A DNA stretch of 63,934 bases, the filler included, from an uncultured Myxococcia bacterium (lineage in GTDB: Bacteria > CAZTWC01): NCBI GenBank assembly GCA_964617105.1. It is 3 parts of 3 records of this genome, joined end to end, with 100 filler letters (N's around TTAATTAATTAA, not from the genome) between each part and the next. Parts side by side here need not be neighbours in the genome. Positions count along the whole stretch, not along the records: positions 26,756 to 52,940 come from CAZTWC010000017.1; 2 more parts are not named here. The stretch is one strand, 5' to 3'. A program made the translations under genes and the position numbers. Below the pieces are notes generated by a model that saw only the letters and a list, made by a program, of their open reading frames with translations, made no database searches and was not told the origin of the DNA. Positions 41,904 to 53,040 of the stretch are shown piece by piece. Each line of letters begins with the position of its first letter. The stretch's first letter is position 1.

Positions 41904-43127
41904 CTATCTAATTTCCAACCGGAATAATTGCTCGCCAATTAGAACCAAATCATTATTACCAATCACCTCTTCTTTATTGATCTTAATAAATGTCCCATTA
42001 GATGAGCCCAGATCCTCCAAGAAAAAACTCATCTCTTCACTCTTCCTCAGCAGAGCATGTTTGCTGGACACAAAACCATCTTCGTTGAAAAGCACATCGC
42101 CAAAATCCCTTCCCAGGTAGTTATCATCCTTTTTTAGCAGATAACGACTTCCCAATATTCCAGTTTCCACAATTGTGGTCAGCACTCCCCAGTAGCCCAG
42201 GTTGGGAGAACCACTAACAGCCGCATCATCATCCTGAGACTGAAGTTTAACAGTTTCCAGTTGGCAAGAAAAAACAATTAATTGGCGGCCAAGGCGAAAA
42301 AGATCGCCATCTTTTAATTCCACCGGCCCCTTTATACGGACAAAAACTCCATTGGTGCTATTTTCATCGCGGAGTATCAATTTATCATCTTTAAAAATAA
42401 AGGTGGCGTGAAGGGGAGAGATATACATATCCTCTTCAATTATTATATCCCCCTTTTGACGCCCTAAGGAGATTTCACTGGTCTGCAGATTGTATATAAA
42501 CCCTTCCGAACCATCGGGGTTTATAGTAACCAGTCTGCCGCGGGGGCGCTTGGTTACCGCTGCAGTGGCAATATGCATAAACTGAGTTCTAGCCGGTCCG
42601 TCTGGTGTAGGAACACCTCCCTCCGAATATTTGGCCCCACATTTGCCGCAAAAAAGAAAACCAATGGGCAATTCACCGCCACAGTTACGGCACATCCTGA
42701 CTTCAGGAACCTCGGGTTGACCAGGGGCTTCGGTAGAGGATATCTGCTGTTCTGAAGTTGGGTGAACCGGCGAAGGTGGCGAAGCCTTGGGCTTCATAAA
42801 GTCTTCCGGAGAAAAAACCGGACCGGTCTCAGGGCTGGCAGTGAGTACAGGAGGAGCAACCGGGGGTGGCGGCTGCGGTGGGGCCTGCTGGATAGGCGGG
42901 GCAACCGGGGGTGGCGGCGGTAATTCTACTGGCGGTTGAGGAGTCCCCTTTTTCTGGGTTAGCAAAATAGGTTCCACTGCCGGTTGCTGGTCGGCATTGG
43001 CTGCCGAGATAGTGGCAAACTGGGTGGTGGGGAGGGGTTTCAACTTATCTTTCAATTCATTTCCACAATCCAGACAAAAACTGAAAGAATCGGAATTTTC
43101 TCGGCCACAAGAACTACATTTAATCAT
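41904..43127 (-). CDS. Zinc-ribbon, Pro-rich, double FHA domain protein
   Basis: CSSC..CLDC, Pro-rich linker, CRNC..CGKC, two GR..S..H..S.NG FHA motifs. Confidence 0.9.
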   Translation of the reverse strand: MIKCSSCGRENSDSFSFCLDCGNELKDKLKPLPTTQFATISAANADQQPAVEPILLTQKKGTPQPPVELPPPPPVAPPIQQAPPQPPPPVAPPVLTASPETGPVFSPEDFMKPKASPPSPVHPTSEQQISSTEAPGQPEVPEVRMCRNCGGELPIGFLFCGKCGAKYSEGGVPTPDGPARTQFMHIATAAVTKRPRGRLVTINPDGSEGFIYNLQTSEISLGRQKGDIIIEEDMYISPLHATFIFKDDKLILRDENSTNGVFVRIKGPVELKDGDLFRLGRQLIVFSCQLETVKLQSQDDDAAVSGSPNLGYWGVLTTIVETGILGSRYLLKKDDNYLGRDFGDVLFNEDGFVSSKHALLRKSEEMSFFLEDLGSSNGTFIKINKEEVIGNNDLVLIGEQLFRLEIR

Positions 43128-43188
43128 AACAACACCCCTCTAAGTTTTCTTCCTGGACTAGACCTGGTTGTGCCAGCAGGAAACTGGT

Positions 43189-43240
43189 TAAAAAAAGAAT
43201 CCCCGGACCGGCAACTACGTCCGGACCGGGGATTCCTTAT
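43189..43240 (-). terminator. Rho-independent terminator
   Basis: Minus strand gaatccccggtccgg-loop-ccggtccggggattc followed by a T run, just after the 43260 stop. Confidence 0.85.
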
Positions 43241-43259
43241 TTAGCACAAAAATTAAGTC

Positions 43260-44681
43260 TTACTTAAAGAGCAACTTAAACTGTAAGATGAATTGGTGAG
43301 CCAGATCAACATTTTTACCAGTGATTATCCGGCGGTATTTGGCTGCAGCCTCGATGGGCAGGATAAACTTCCGCTCCCCTTCCGGTTTCTTGTATTCAGC
43401 TTTTACCCAAGGTAGAGTCGAAAAGCCGATAGAACCTTGTACTTCGTAGCTCCACTTGTCGGTTTCATCTCTAAGAGACTGGTAATTGACAAAGGTGTCC
43501 ACGCCCTGGTAATTAACCCACCTGGCTTTTTGATCGATATGATCTCTGGCTTTGATATAAACAAAGTTCATAAATTCAATAGAGACCACATCGATGGGGT
43601 TGTAATGAACCTCAAACTCTAGTTCAGCATAATCGCCCAGTTTCCGATCCACCTCTTCCTTATAACCAGTTAAAGGCTTGTTTACATCAGAGGGAACCCT
43701 CAGTTCCTGTTTGTCGGGCAGTTGGACAACATAGCGGAGGGTAAAGTTGAACCACAACTCTTCCCAGGGAGAGACATAATCGTTCATGAGATAGAGGGCC
43801 ACATCGGTCTGGCCATTGCCATAGGGGATATCCACCATATTATCGGGGTCATCGTTTTTACCAGTTGGCAGCCGGACTCCTGTCTGGAGAGCAAAACGGA
43901 AATTATCGGTTTTGTAATACTGATATTTAAAACCAATCTCGATATCGCCTATGCCCATGCCTCCGTCCCAATCATCGAAACGATCATAACCATAAAGTGC
44001 ATTCAGCAGATTTTGCACATCATCGGCTACCATCCCGTTTTCGGGATAATCCCAGTCCTTATTTTTGACATCTGCAGTGCCATCATTATATTTAATACCC
44101 CTTTGTATACCTTTAAACAAATCTGGAGCGCTTATAGAGTCGGAGAGGGGAACGATAGGCACGCCGGTAAAACCGTTAAACATCGCATCTTTGTTAGGAT
44201 TGGGTCCCACTGAGGCGGATCCCTTTCGTATATCGGCATCGACATCCATTTTTCCCCAGATAAAGGGAGCGATTATGCCCAGGGTAAGATTTTCAGTAAG
44301 GCCGTATTCCAACGCAGTTCCCAGTATAAATACGTTGGCCTTAATCTGGAGGTCTACACGACCGGCGGAAAGTATGGTTCCCGATTTTAGGAATCCAGCA
44401 TCTTTTAGACCATCCTCCATGGCTCCCAGGTCGGAGAAGATATTGCGATCCAAATCGGTGTTATAGTCACGGGCCAGGTTTTCTATATCGCTGTTTGGAT
44501 CAACCCGTTCATTAAAAGAAGTATAAATTGGTTTGACCCACAGTCGAAAAAAGCCTTTGGGCAAAACCATGGCGTCATCGGCCTGGACCGGTGGGGTCAA
44601 AAAGAGTCCCATACAGGCGAACATCAGAAAAAGGGAGATAAAATATTTGCCTATTGATTTCAGAACCATTGCTCGAGTCAT
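43260..44681 (-). CDS. Putative outer-membrane beta-barrel (MetA-pathway/transporter-like)
   Basis: Signal peptide, LEYGLTENL, GIGDIEIGFKYQ, GVRLPTG, aromatic C-terminus. Confidence 0.65.
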   Translation of the reverse strand: MTRAMVLKSIGKYFISLFLMFACMGLFLTPPVQADDAMVLPKGFFRLWVKPIYTSFNERVDPNSDIENLARDYNTDLDRNIFSDLGAMEDGLKDAGFLKSGTILSAGRVDLQIKANVFILGTALEYGLTENLTLGIIAPFIWGKMDVDADIRKGSASVGPNPNKDAMFNGFTGVPIVPLSDSISAPDLFKGIQRGIKYNDGTADVKNKDWDYPENGMVADDVQNLLNALYGYDRFDDWDGGMGIGDIEIGFKYQYYKTDNFRFALQTGVRLPTGKNDDPDNMVDIPYGNGQTDVALYLMNDYVSPWEELWFNFTLRYVVQLPDKQELRVPSDVNKPLTGYKEEVDRKLGDYAELEFEVHYNPIDVVSIEFMNFVYIKARDHIDQKARWVNYQGVDTFVNYQSLRDETDKWSYEVQGSIGFSTLPWVKAEYKKPEGERKFILPIEAAAKYRRIITGKNVDLAHQFILQFKLLFK

Positions 44682-44831
44682 AAATTTCCTCCTTGTTGTG
44701 TTGTGTCGAAAAAATTGTAAAACCTAATACTCTACATTACACTAATTAGGTAATAGGTCTTTCAAAATTTAATAAAAATTAAGAATTTAGTTTTTTTTTA
44801 TTCCATACCTTTGATAAAGTCAAGTTTAAAG

Positions 44832-46169
44832 TTAAAATACTCCCAGTTTATATAAAAAAATCATTAACACTGCCACCGGACAAAAATAGCGCACGAGTTG
44901 CAGCCACCACTTAAACAGGAAAGCCAACCAAGAGTTAGCAATAAATTCCTGGTTTTTTACTTTATGGTCCAGCACCCATCCCACATAAAGGGAGATAAAC
45001 AAACCGCCTAATGGTAAAAACCAGTTGGATGCCACATGATCCAATAGATCAAAAAAATTCTTCTCAAATAAAAATGTCCCCCACCAGCCGGAGATAGCAC
45101 AGGGGATACCCAGCAGGGTTATGGTCAGGCCAGTTACCAGAGTTGCCTTGATCCGCGGCCAACCCCTCTCATCAATAAAATAAGAGGTAACCACCTCTAA
45201 AAGCGAAATAGCGGAAGTCAAGGCTGCTACGATTAACAGTACAAAGAACAGGATGGCCAGGATTTGACCTCCTTTTATGCTGGAAAAAACAATCGGCAGG
45301 GTTTTAAAAACCAAACCGGGACCGCCGGCCGGGTCCATGTTGTGGCTGAATATTATGGAGAAGATAACCAGGCAGGCCATCAAAGCGATCAGAGTATCCA
45401 GGCCACTGACGATTAAAGCAGACTTGGGGAGGTCAGCCTTTTTATCCAAATAACTGCCATAGGTTATCATTGCCCCCATACCTAACGAGAGAGTGAAAAA
45501 TGCATGACCCAGGGCTTCTAAAACCGATGATGGGGAAACTTTTTCTATATGGGGTGCAAAGACAAAATCCAAACAGCGGCCAAAACCATCACTAAATACC
45601 GAATAAATTAATAGTACCCCCAAAATAACCAATAAAACCGGCATCAATACTTTTGACCATTTTTCTATTCCTCTTTTAATACCACCAATTACGATACCAA
45701 CGGTGAGGAGCATAAAAGTTATATGCCAAAAGAGATTTGGGCCTGGAGAAGCATAGAGGGTATCAAAAATATTTTCTATCTGGGCTGGCTCTTTGCCAAA
45801 AAATTGATCCGTTATCGAAAGATAACTATAGTGCATGGCCCAGCCAGCCACCACACTGTAATAAGATAAAATAATAAAACCGGTGATAACCCCCAGCCAA
45901 CCCACCAGAGCCCACTTGGTATCCTGGCCACTCAAAGTTTTAAAAGCGCCTACCGGCGACTTGCTGCTTCCCCGGCCAATAATAAATTCGGAAATCATTA
46001 TTGGCATGCCAATAACCAAAATGCAGAACAAATAGATCAGCACAAAGACTCCACCTCCGTTTTCACCGGTAATATAGGGGAATTTCCAGATATTCCCCAA
46101 ACCAACGGCGCTGCCGGCGGCTGCAAATACGAATCCCATTTTGGTGCTCCACTGTCCTCTTTGGCTCAT
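44832..46169 (-). CDS. Sodium-dependent transporter (NSS/SNF family)
   Basis: GFVFAAAGSAVGLGNIWKFPY..GENGGG, AFFTLSLGMG, GPGLVF. Confidence 0.95.
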   Translation of the reverse strand: MSQRGQWSTKMGFVFAAAGSAVGLGNIWKFPYITGENGGGVFVLIYLFCILVIGMPIMISEFIIGRGSSKSPVGAFKTLSGQDTKWALVGWLGVITGFIILSYYSVVAGWAMHYSYLSITDQFFGKEPAQIENIFDTLYASPGPNLFWHITFMLLTVGIVIGGIKRGIEKWSKVLMPVLLVILGVLLIYSVFSDGFGRCLDFVFAPHIEKVSPSSVLEALGHAFFTLSLGMGAMITYGSYLDKKADLPKSALIVSGLDTLIALMACLVIFSIIFSHNMDPAGGPGLVFKTLPIVFSSIKGGQILAILFFVLLIVAALTSAISLLEVVTSYFIDERGWPRIKATLVTGLTITLLGIPCAISGWWGTFLFEKNFFDLLDHVASNWFLPLGGLFISLYVGWVLDHKVKNQEFIANSWLAFLFKWWLQLVRYFCPVAVLMIFLYKLGVF

Positions 46170-46351
46170 TATGTTACCCTTTAATAAAAAGTTCTCAGGT
46201 GTTGTCAAACAAAAAGTCGATTTTGCAGAAAAAAAGTAACCCTGTCAAGGTGAAGCTGGAAATTTCTAAATATATGTAATACAAATGTAATACGTATCTA
46301 TGAATATACAGTTGACTATGCTGCATTTTTACTTTTTAGTTGGAGATAAAA

Positions 46352-47857
46352 ATGGGAACTACCATAAGAACCCGAGTAGCGCCGTCGCCTACTGGCGAAC
46401 CGCACGTAGGCACCGCCTACATCGCTCTTTTTAACTACTGCTTTGCCAAAAAATTCGGGGGCAAATTCGTCTTGCGTATCGAAGACACAGATCAAGCCAG
46501 ATCCAGTTATGAGGCGGAGGGGGCCATACTGGACTCTTTGAAATGGCTGGGCCTTAAATGGGATGAAGGACCCGAAGTAGAAGGCACTTTAGGGCCATAC
46601 CGGCAATCGGAGCGGCTTAATATCTACCAGAAACACGTTCAAATCCTGTTGGAACGAGGATGGGCCTACCGCTGCTTTTGCACTGCCCAGGATTTAGCCG
46701 ATATGCGACAACAGCAACAAAAGGAAAAAACCAATCTAGGCTACTTTGGTGAACGGGAATGCCGCGAGTTGCCGGAAGAGGAGGTGCAAAAGCGGATCCA
46801 AGAGGGACACCCCTTTGTAGTGCGCCTAAAAGTCCCGCGGTTAAAACCGGAAAGGGTTATCCAATACTACGACCATATCCGCCGCCAGGAGATCGGAAAA
46901 AAGGTCAAAGAAATTGATGACCAGATACTGATGAAATCTGACGGTTTTCCAACCTATCATCTGGCCAATGTGGTGGATGATTATCTGATGGGCATCACCG
47001 ATGTGATCCGGGGCGAAGAGTGGATCGCCTCCACCCCCAAGCATATTTTACTATACCAGGCCTTTAGTTGGCCGTTGCCCAAATTTTATCATCTTTCTTT
47101 GCTCCGTAATGTAGATCGCTCAAAAATATCCAAACGAAAGAATCCGGTTTCCCTGCGTTGGTTCAGGGCAGCGGGTTATTTACCAGCCGCCCTGCTAAAT
47201 TTCCTGGGATTGATGGGTTATTCCCGCGATACCAGTGGCATGAGTGAAGAGGAAGCCCGCCAGGCAGAAACTTTTTCAGTGCAGCAGTTATGCCAAGAAT
47301 TAAACCCTGACCGTTTTACTGCCTCAGAACCGGTTTTCGATTTTGTCAAACTGGACCGAAAAAACGAAGATTACTATCGAGAGTTAAAGGATGATGATTT
47401 TATCGCCGCCTTGATGGAAAAACAACGCTATGCCGGCAACTATCTAAGGGATCTTATCCCCTTTGTGCAAAAACGGTTTAAATGGATCAACGGTGATTTT
47501 AAACATTGGACCGATTTTATTTTCCAACCGGGGTTGAGTTATCAGTATCCCCAAATGCTCCCGAAGAAAATGGACAAAAAAAGGATGGAAGCAGTTTTAC
47601 GCCAGGTGCGTAAATTTATCAGCAAAAAGAAAAAGCCAGATCAGATAAACCATAGAGAGGAGATGGAAGAGGTGCTGCAGGAGTTTATCGCTAAAGGCGA
47701 CTTTAACCAAAAAGAGGTGCTGATGTCAGTTCGGGTGGCCATAACCGGTTCTCAGGAATCGCTTCCTCTTTACGAATCCATGGAAGTTTTAGGAATCTAT
47801 CCCTGTTTGCAGAGGATGAAAGAAGCGGCTGATTTTCTAAAAAGCCATCGTGACTAA
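46352..47857 (+). CDS. gltX: Glutamate--tRNA ligase
   Basis: RVAPSPTGEPHVG, LRIEDTDQ, PTYHLANVVDD, KISKR. Confidence 0.95.
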   Translation: MGTTIRTRVAPSPTGEPHVGTAYIALFNYCFAKKFGGKFVLRIEDTDQARSSYEAEGAILDSLKWLGLKWDEGPEVEGTLGPYRQSERLNIYQKHVQILLERGWAYRCFCTAQDLADMRQQQQKEKTNLGYFGERECRELPEEEVQKRIQEGHPFVVRLKVPRLKPERVIQYYDHIRRQEIGKKVKEIDDQILMKSDGFPTYHLANVVDDYLMGITDVIRGEEWIASTPKHILLYQAFSWPLPKFYHLSLLRNVDRSKISKRKNPVSLRWFRAAGYLPAALLNFLGLMGYSRDTSGMSEEEARQAETFSVQQLCQELNPDRFTASEPVFDFVKLDRKNEDYYRELKDDDFIAALMEKQRYAGNYLRDLIPFVQKRFKWINGDFKHWTDFIFQPGLSYQYPQMLPKKMDKKRMEAVLRQVRKFISKKKKPDQINHREEMEEVLQEFIAKGDFNQKEVLMSVRVAITGSQESLPLYESMEVLGIYPCLQRMKEAADFLKSHRD

Positions 47858-47882
47858 CGGCAACTAAAGGAGTTTTCAAATC

Positions 47883-49631
47883 ATGAACCCCAAAAAAAAC
47901 GGAACCAATAAAAAGCCAGATGACCAGAACATAGAGGATACTGCTCCCCGGGATTTTATCCGAAAAATTATAGCGGAGGATTTAAAGACCAATAAAAATC
48001 AGGGAAAAGTGATGACCCGGTTTCCCCCTGAACCCAACGGTTATTTGCACATCGGGCATGCCAAATCTATCTGTCTCAATTTTGGGGTGGCGGGAGAGTT
48101 CGGCGGAAAATGCAACCTACGCTTTGACGACACCAATCCCACCAAAGAGAATACCGAATATGTGCAAGCCATTAAGGATGATATCCGCTGGCTGGGCTTT
48201 GACTGGGAAGATAGGCTCTATTTTGCTTCAGATTACTATGAACGCTTTTATCAGTACGCCCTGGAGTTGATCAAGGCTGGCAAAGCCTATGTCTGCCATT
48301 TGACCGCCGAGCAGATAAAGGACTATCGTGGAACCCTTACGGAACGGGGAAAAGAGAGCCCCTATCGTAACCGCTCGCCGGAAGAAAATTTAACCCTTTT
48401 TCAACAGATGAAGGAGGGAAAGTTCCAGGAGGGTGAATGCGTGCTGAGAGCCAAAATCGATATGTCTTCACCCAATTTTAATATGCAAGATCCCACCATT
48501 TACCGAATCCGGAAGGCATCTCACCACCGCACTGGTGATAAGTGGTGCATCTACCCAATGTATGACTATGCCCACTGCCTATCCGATTCCATGGAGGGGA
48601 TCACTCATTCACTCTGCACCCTGGAATTTGAGGACCACCGCCCCCTTTACGACTGGTTTCTGGATCAGTTGGAGGTCCACTGCCATCCACAGCAGATAGA
48701 ATTTGCCCGTCTCAACTTGACCTACACAGTGTTGAGCAAGAGAAAACTGCTCTCTCTGGTGAATGAAGGTGATGTCAGCGGCTGGAACGACCCCAGGCTG
48801 CTTACTATCAAGGGTTTGCGCCGCCGGGGTTATACCGCCAAATCGCTCAGAACCTTTTGTGAACGAATAGGCCTGGCCAAAAGGGACAGTGTGGTGGATA
48901 TGGCGCTATTGGAACATTGTCTGCGAGAAGATTTGAACCAGAGAGCCCCGCGAGTAATGGGGGTATTGGAGCCTTTAAAAGTTGTGATCACCAACTATCC
49001 AGAGGGAGAGGTTGAGGAGTTAGAAGCTATTAACAACCCGGAAGATGAAAGTGCCGGCACCAGAAAAGTGCCCTTTTCCCGGGAGTTGTATATCGAGAAA
49101 AAAGATTTCCTAGAAAATCCGCCAAAAAAGTTTTTCCGCCTGGGTCTGGGACGGGAAGTGCGCCTGCGCTACGCCTATTTTATCACTTGCCAGGAGGTAA
49201 TCAAGGACCCGGATAGTGGTGAAATCAAAGAATTGCTATGCACCTACGACCCGGCCACCCGGGGAGGAGATGCGCCAGACGGCCGTAAGGTTAAAGGCAC
49301 CCTGCACTGGGTTTCGGCCAGGGAGTCGGTGCCGGTGAAAGTACGCCTATACGACCGCCTGTTCTCTCAAAAGGACCCTGAAAACAGCAGCCAGGGAAAA
49401 GATTTTCGCCATTGTCTGAACCCCAACTCTTTGGAGGTGCTGGAAGATTGCCGGGTGGAGCCTAGCCTGGCTCAGGCTGAGCCAGAGTCTATCTTTCAAT
49501 TTGAACGACAGGGTTACTTTTGTGTGGATCAAGACTCCAAGCCAGGTCAACTGGTATTAAACCGTTCAGTTTCTCTGCGGGACAGTTGGGCCAAAATAGA
49601 AAAGCAGATGCAAAAACAGAAAAAAAAGTAG
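47883..49631 (+). CDS. glnS: Glutamine--tRNA ligase
   Basis: [47 protein letters not shown]. Confidence 0.97.
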   Translation: MNPKKNGTNKKPDDQNIEDTAPRDFIRKIIAEDLKTNKNQGKVMTRFPPEPNGYLHIGHAKSICLNFGVAGEFGGKCNLRFDDTNPTKENTEYVQAIKDDIRWLGFDWEDRLYFASDYYERFYQYALELIKAGKAYVCHLTAEQIKDYRGTLTERGKESPYRNRSPEENLTLFQQMKEGKFQEGECVLRAKIDMSSPNFNMQDPTIYRIRKASHHRTGDKWCIYPMYDYAHCLSDSMEGITHSLCTLEFEDHRPLYDWFLDQLEVHCHPQQIEFARLNLTYTVLSKRKLLSLVNEGDVSGWNDPRLLTIKGLRRRGYTAKSLRTFCERIGLAKRDSVVDMALLEHCLREDLNQRAPRVMGVLEPLKVVITNYPEGEVEELEAINNPEDESAGTRKVPFSRELYIEKKDFLENPPKKFFRLGLGREVRLRYAYFITCQEVIKDPDSGEIKELLCTYDPATRGGDAPDGRKVKGTLHWVSARESVPVKVRLYDRLFSQKDPENSSQGKDFRHCLNPNSLEVLEDCRVEPSLAQAEPESIFQFERQGYFCVDQDSKPGQLVLNRSVSLRDSWAKIEKQMQKQKKK

Positions 49632-49648
49632 GCCTAAAAATTGTAGTT

Positions 49649-51004
49649 CTATCTTTTCCTGTTCTTACTTTTGCCTTGCAGTTTTACTCTAACCGGTACG
49701 CCCTGGAAGCCGAAAGCGGTTCGCAACTGGTTTAGCAGGTAACGCTGGTAGGATTTGGGCAGACCCTGGGGATAATTGCACTTGATGTTGAAAGTTGGAG
49801 GCGCCTCTCTGGTCTGGGCAATATAGTAAAACTTGATCCGCCGGCTCCGGTAAACCGGTGGTTGGTGGGCTTGCTGCACCACCTCCAGCCAGGAGTTCAA
49901 GTCTGGGGTGGGTAATCTCCTGAGCCACTGTTCTTTGATGTTATTGATAAATTGAGGAAACTTCCGGAGGTTATAACCGGTTTTGGCGGAAATAAAATGA
50001 ATATCAATATGGTTCAGGTAGGGAACTTTGTCCCGCAATTGGCGGCGATAGAGAGATGGTTTATTGTCCGATTTATTTTTCTTTACCAAATCCCATTTAT
50101 TAACTAATATCACCAACCCCTTTCCCCGCTCCTCTATATAGGAGATCATGCGCTGATCCTGATCCGACAATCCCTGTTCTCCATCCAGCAAATAAAAAAT
50201 TACCTGGCTGTTGGTTATTGACTTCAGGGCTCTTACTACGCTAAATTTTTCCTTTAATTTAGATATCTTGGAGCGCCTGCGAATGCCGGCCGTATCAATG
50301 AAAAGATATTTTTTTCCCTCCAGTTCCACCAAACTATCAATGGAGTCTACCGTTGTACCCGGTTTGGAATCAACAATAACCCGGTTTTGACCGGTCACGG
50401 CATTTAAAAGGGTGGACTTGCCCACATTGGGTTTGCCAATCAGGGCCACCTTTGCTTCCACCTCCTCCTTAGGCTCGCTCTCATCCTCTCCTGGTAATAG
50501 ACCCACCAAATCGGTGAGCATATCCATCACTCCCCGGCTATGTTCAGCAGAGATAGTGTGCCATTGATCTATTCCCGAGCGGTAAAAATCGTAGATATTA
50601 TCCTCTTGAGCCGGGCCATCGATTTTATTGGCTACATACAAGGTGGTTTTTCCCTTTTGCCGTAAAAGATTTATCATCTCTTGATCAAAAGGGGTGAGCA
50701 TTGCCCGACCATCAGCCAAAAAAATCACCAGGTCAGCCTCCTGAATAGCCTCCATAACCTGAAAAACCACCAAAGAGTCCATTTTTTGGCTGGCAGTGGG
50801 ATTGAAACCACCGGTATCTACCAGCAAAAAAGGAACCGAGTCAAAGGAGGTCTCCTGGTAAAGTCGATCTCTGGTGATGCCCGGAGTATTCAGCACGATT
50901 GCCCGGCGACGGCCGATAATTTTATTGAACAGGGTGGATTTACCCACATTAGGCCGCCCCACTATGGCCACCACCGGCAAGTATCTATCGATTATTTCTG
51001 TCAT
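49649..51004 (-). CDS. der: Ribosome biogenesis GTPase Der
   Basis: Two G domains GRPNVGKS / GKPNVGKS, DTGG/DTAG, NKID/NKWD. Confidence 0.96.
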   Translation of the reverse strand: MTEIIDRYLPVVAIVGRPNVGKSTLFNKIIGRRRAIVLNTPGITRDRLYQETSFDSVPFLLVDTGGFNPTASQKMDSLVVFQVMEAIQEADLVIFLADGRAMLTPFDQEMINLLRQKGKTTLYVANKIDGPAQEDNIYDFYRSGIDQWHTISAEHSRGVMDMLTDLVGLLPGEDESEPKEEVEAKVALIGKPNVGKSTLLNAVTGQNRVIVDSKPGTTVDSIDSLVELEGKKYLFIDTAGIRRRSKISKLKEKFSVVRALKSITNSQVIFYLLDGEQGLSDQDQRMISYIEERGKGLVILVNKWDLVKKNKSDNKPSLYRRQLRDKVPYLNHIDIHFISAKTGYNLRKFPQFINNIKEQWLRRLPTPDLNSWLEVVQQAHQPPVYRSRRIKFYYIAQTREAPPTFNIKCNYPQGLPKSYQRYLLNQLRTAFGFQGVPVRVKLQGKSKNRKR

Positions 51005-51010
51005 GAGCCC

Positions 51011-51937
51011 TTAATATTTTCCGCTTCCATATCCCAGACGGGACAACTTTTTCTGATCCCGGGTCCAATTCTTCTCTACCCGCACCGTCAACTGAACAAA
51101 TATGTTTACCTGGAAAAACTTTTCCAACTGAGCCCGGGCTGAGATGCCAATGGCTTTCAGTTTTTTCCCCCCTTTGCCGATAAGCATCCCCTTTTGGGAG
51201 TTCCTCTCTACGTGCAAAGAGGCATCCATCTTGATTAACCCCCTGTCCCCCTCCTTCCGGGGGCCCTCTTCCTGAAAACTGTTTATAGTTATTGCCACGC
51301 AATAGGGGAGTTCCTGACCGGTGTGCTCATATACACTCTGGCGGATCTTTTCAGCGGCAATAAATCGCTCTGCCTGGTCGGTAAGCATGTCAGATGGGTA
51401 ATACTGAGGGCCAACTGGTAGATAACTTTTCAGATGTTGAATTAAATCCTTCACTTTATGACCATAAAGGGCTGAGATAGCCATTTTAAAATCAAAATCG
51501 ATATGGGGGAGAATCTCCTGGAGATGGGCTGGAGGATTATCGAGCCGATCCGCCTTGTTGAGGATCAAGCCCACTGGTTTTTTTAAATCCTGCAATCTCT
51601 CGGCAATAAATTGATGCCCGGCCAAATATTTTTTACTGCCAGAGGGTGGCAAATCAATAATAAGCAGGTTACAATCAGATTCTGCCATTGCCGACAGGGC
51701 AGCATCCACCATGTATTTGTTCAACCCTCCCTTGGCCTTGTGTATTCCCGGCGTATCGATAAACACTATCTGGCATTCATCCTCCCGGGTATAAATCCCC
51801 CTGATGCTGTTGCGGGTGGTCTGCGGTTTTTTGGAGGTAATGGCCAAATCGCAGTCCAAAATTCGATTCAACAGGGTGGATTTACCCACATTGGGACGGC
51901 CTATTATACCTATGAAACCTGAACGAAAATTGGTCAT
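51011..51937 (-). CDS. era: GTPase Era
   Basis: GRPNVGKS, KPQTTR, DTPGIH, QELPY, SQKGMLIGKGG KH motif. Confidence 0.96.
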   Translation of the reverse strand: MTNFRSGFIGIIGRPNVGKSTLLNRILDCDLAITSKKPQTTRNSIRGIYTREDECQIVFIDTPGIHKAKGGLNKYMVDAALSAMAESDCNLLIIDLPPSGSKKYLAGHQFIAERLQDLKKPVGLILNKADRLDNPPAHLQEILPHIDFDFKMAISALYGHKVKDLIQHLKSYLPVGPQYYPSDMLTDQAERFIAAEKIRQSVYEHTGQELPYCVAITINSFQEEGPRKEGDRGLIKMDASLHVERNSQKGMLIGKGGKKLKAIGISARAQLEKFFQVNIFVQLTVRVEKNWTRDQKKLSRLGYGSGKY

Positions 51938-51949
51938 AATTCTGGTCTA

Positions 51950-52612
51950 TTAAGGCATTTCGCCAGAGGTGATGGTAACTTTTTTCAACACCACTTCCTG
52001 GTTGGGCTGGTTGGTTTGAGGATTGCGTTCTAAGTTGCCAATGGTGGTCACCACATCCTGCCCCTTTATTACCTGGCCAAAAATAGTGTGTTTGTTGTTC
52101 AACCAGGGGGTCTCCTTGTGGGTGATAAAAAACTGGCTGCCATTGGTGTTGGGGCCCGAATTGGCCATGGCTAAAAGCCCTGGTTTATCAAACTTGAGTT
52201 CAGGATGAAACTCATCTTCAAACTGGTAGCCGGGACCGCCAATTCCCTGTCCCAGAGGATCGCCGCCCTGAATCATAAAATTGGGAATCACCCGGTGAAA
52301 AACCGTGTTGTCATACAGAGGTTCTTGAGTTTTTTGCTGGGTTTTAGGATCGGTCCACTCCTTTTCTCCCCGGGCTAACTGAACAAAATTTTCTACTGTT
52401 TTGGGGGTTTTATCGGGAAACAACTCGATAATAATATCTCCCTCAGAAGTTTCAAATTTGGCATACATATTTTGTGGGGTTTTGGTTTCTGATTCCATTT
52501 TGGTTTCTCCTTTGGTGGTGTTGACGCTCTCATCCTTTTTACATGATTTGCAGCCCGAAACAATTAACAGGCTTCCCAGGACAACAATTAATAGCAACTT
52601 TTTAGCCAGCAT
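51950..52612 (-). CDS. Cyclophilin-type PPIase lipoprotein
   Basis: Lipobox VSGC, FHRVIPNFMIQGGDP, AMANSGPNTNGSQFFIT. Confidence 0.94.
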   Translation of the reverse strand: MLAKKLLLIVVLGSLLIVSGCKSCKKDESVNTTKGETKMESETKTPQNMYAKFETSEGDIIIELFPDKTPKTVENFVQLARGEKEWTDPKTQQKTQEPLYDNTVFHRVIPNFMIQGGDPLGQGIGGPGYQFEDEFHPELKFDKPGLLAMANSGPNTNGSQFFITHKETPWLNNKHTIFGQVIKGQDVVTTIGNLERNPQTNQPNQEVVLKKVTITSGEMP

Positions 52613-52657
52613 AAATTACCTCCTAAAACAAAGTGAATGCCCAAAGGGTTTTAGGCT

Positions 52658-52940
52658 TTATTTTATTAACAGAGTTGTGACCTTTATTCGATCAAAACCA
52701 TCGTTGTAAACTTCCTGTAAGTTAATAATCGGCATCCGGTGCTCTACCTGACGTTCATCAAACAGGCCAATCCAAATCACCACCCGCCCCGGTTTAAAAT
52801 TGGACGGCAGTTTAAAACTTACTTTATCTTCGATTATCTCCCCTTTTTTCCACATCTTAACCGGGTAAAGATTCTCGATGGCATGGTGATCCAGGTTTAT
52901 TCGTCTTCCATCTTTCTCCAGGTGAACAAAAATTTTCCAA
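52658..52940 (-). CDS. Hypothetical protein, C-terminal part (contig end)
   Basis: WKIFVHLEKDGRRINLDHHAIENLYPVKMWKKGEIIED...IWIGLF. Confidence 0.65.
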
Positions 52941-53040
52941 NNNNNNNNNNNNNNNNNNNNNNNNNNNNNNNNNNNNNNNNNNNNTTAATTAATTAANNNN
53001 NNNNNNNNNNNNNNNNNNNNNNNNNNNNNNNNNNNNNNNN
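52941..53040. other. Artificial contig spacer
   Basis: N44-TTAATTAATTAA-N44. Confidence 0.98.
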
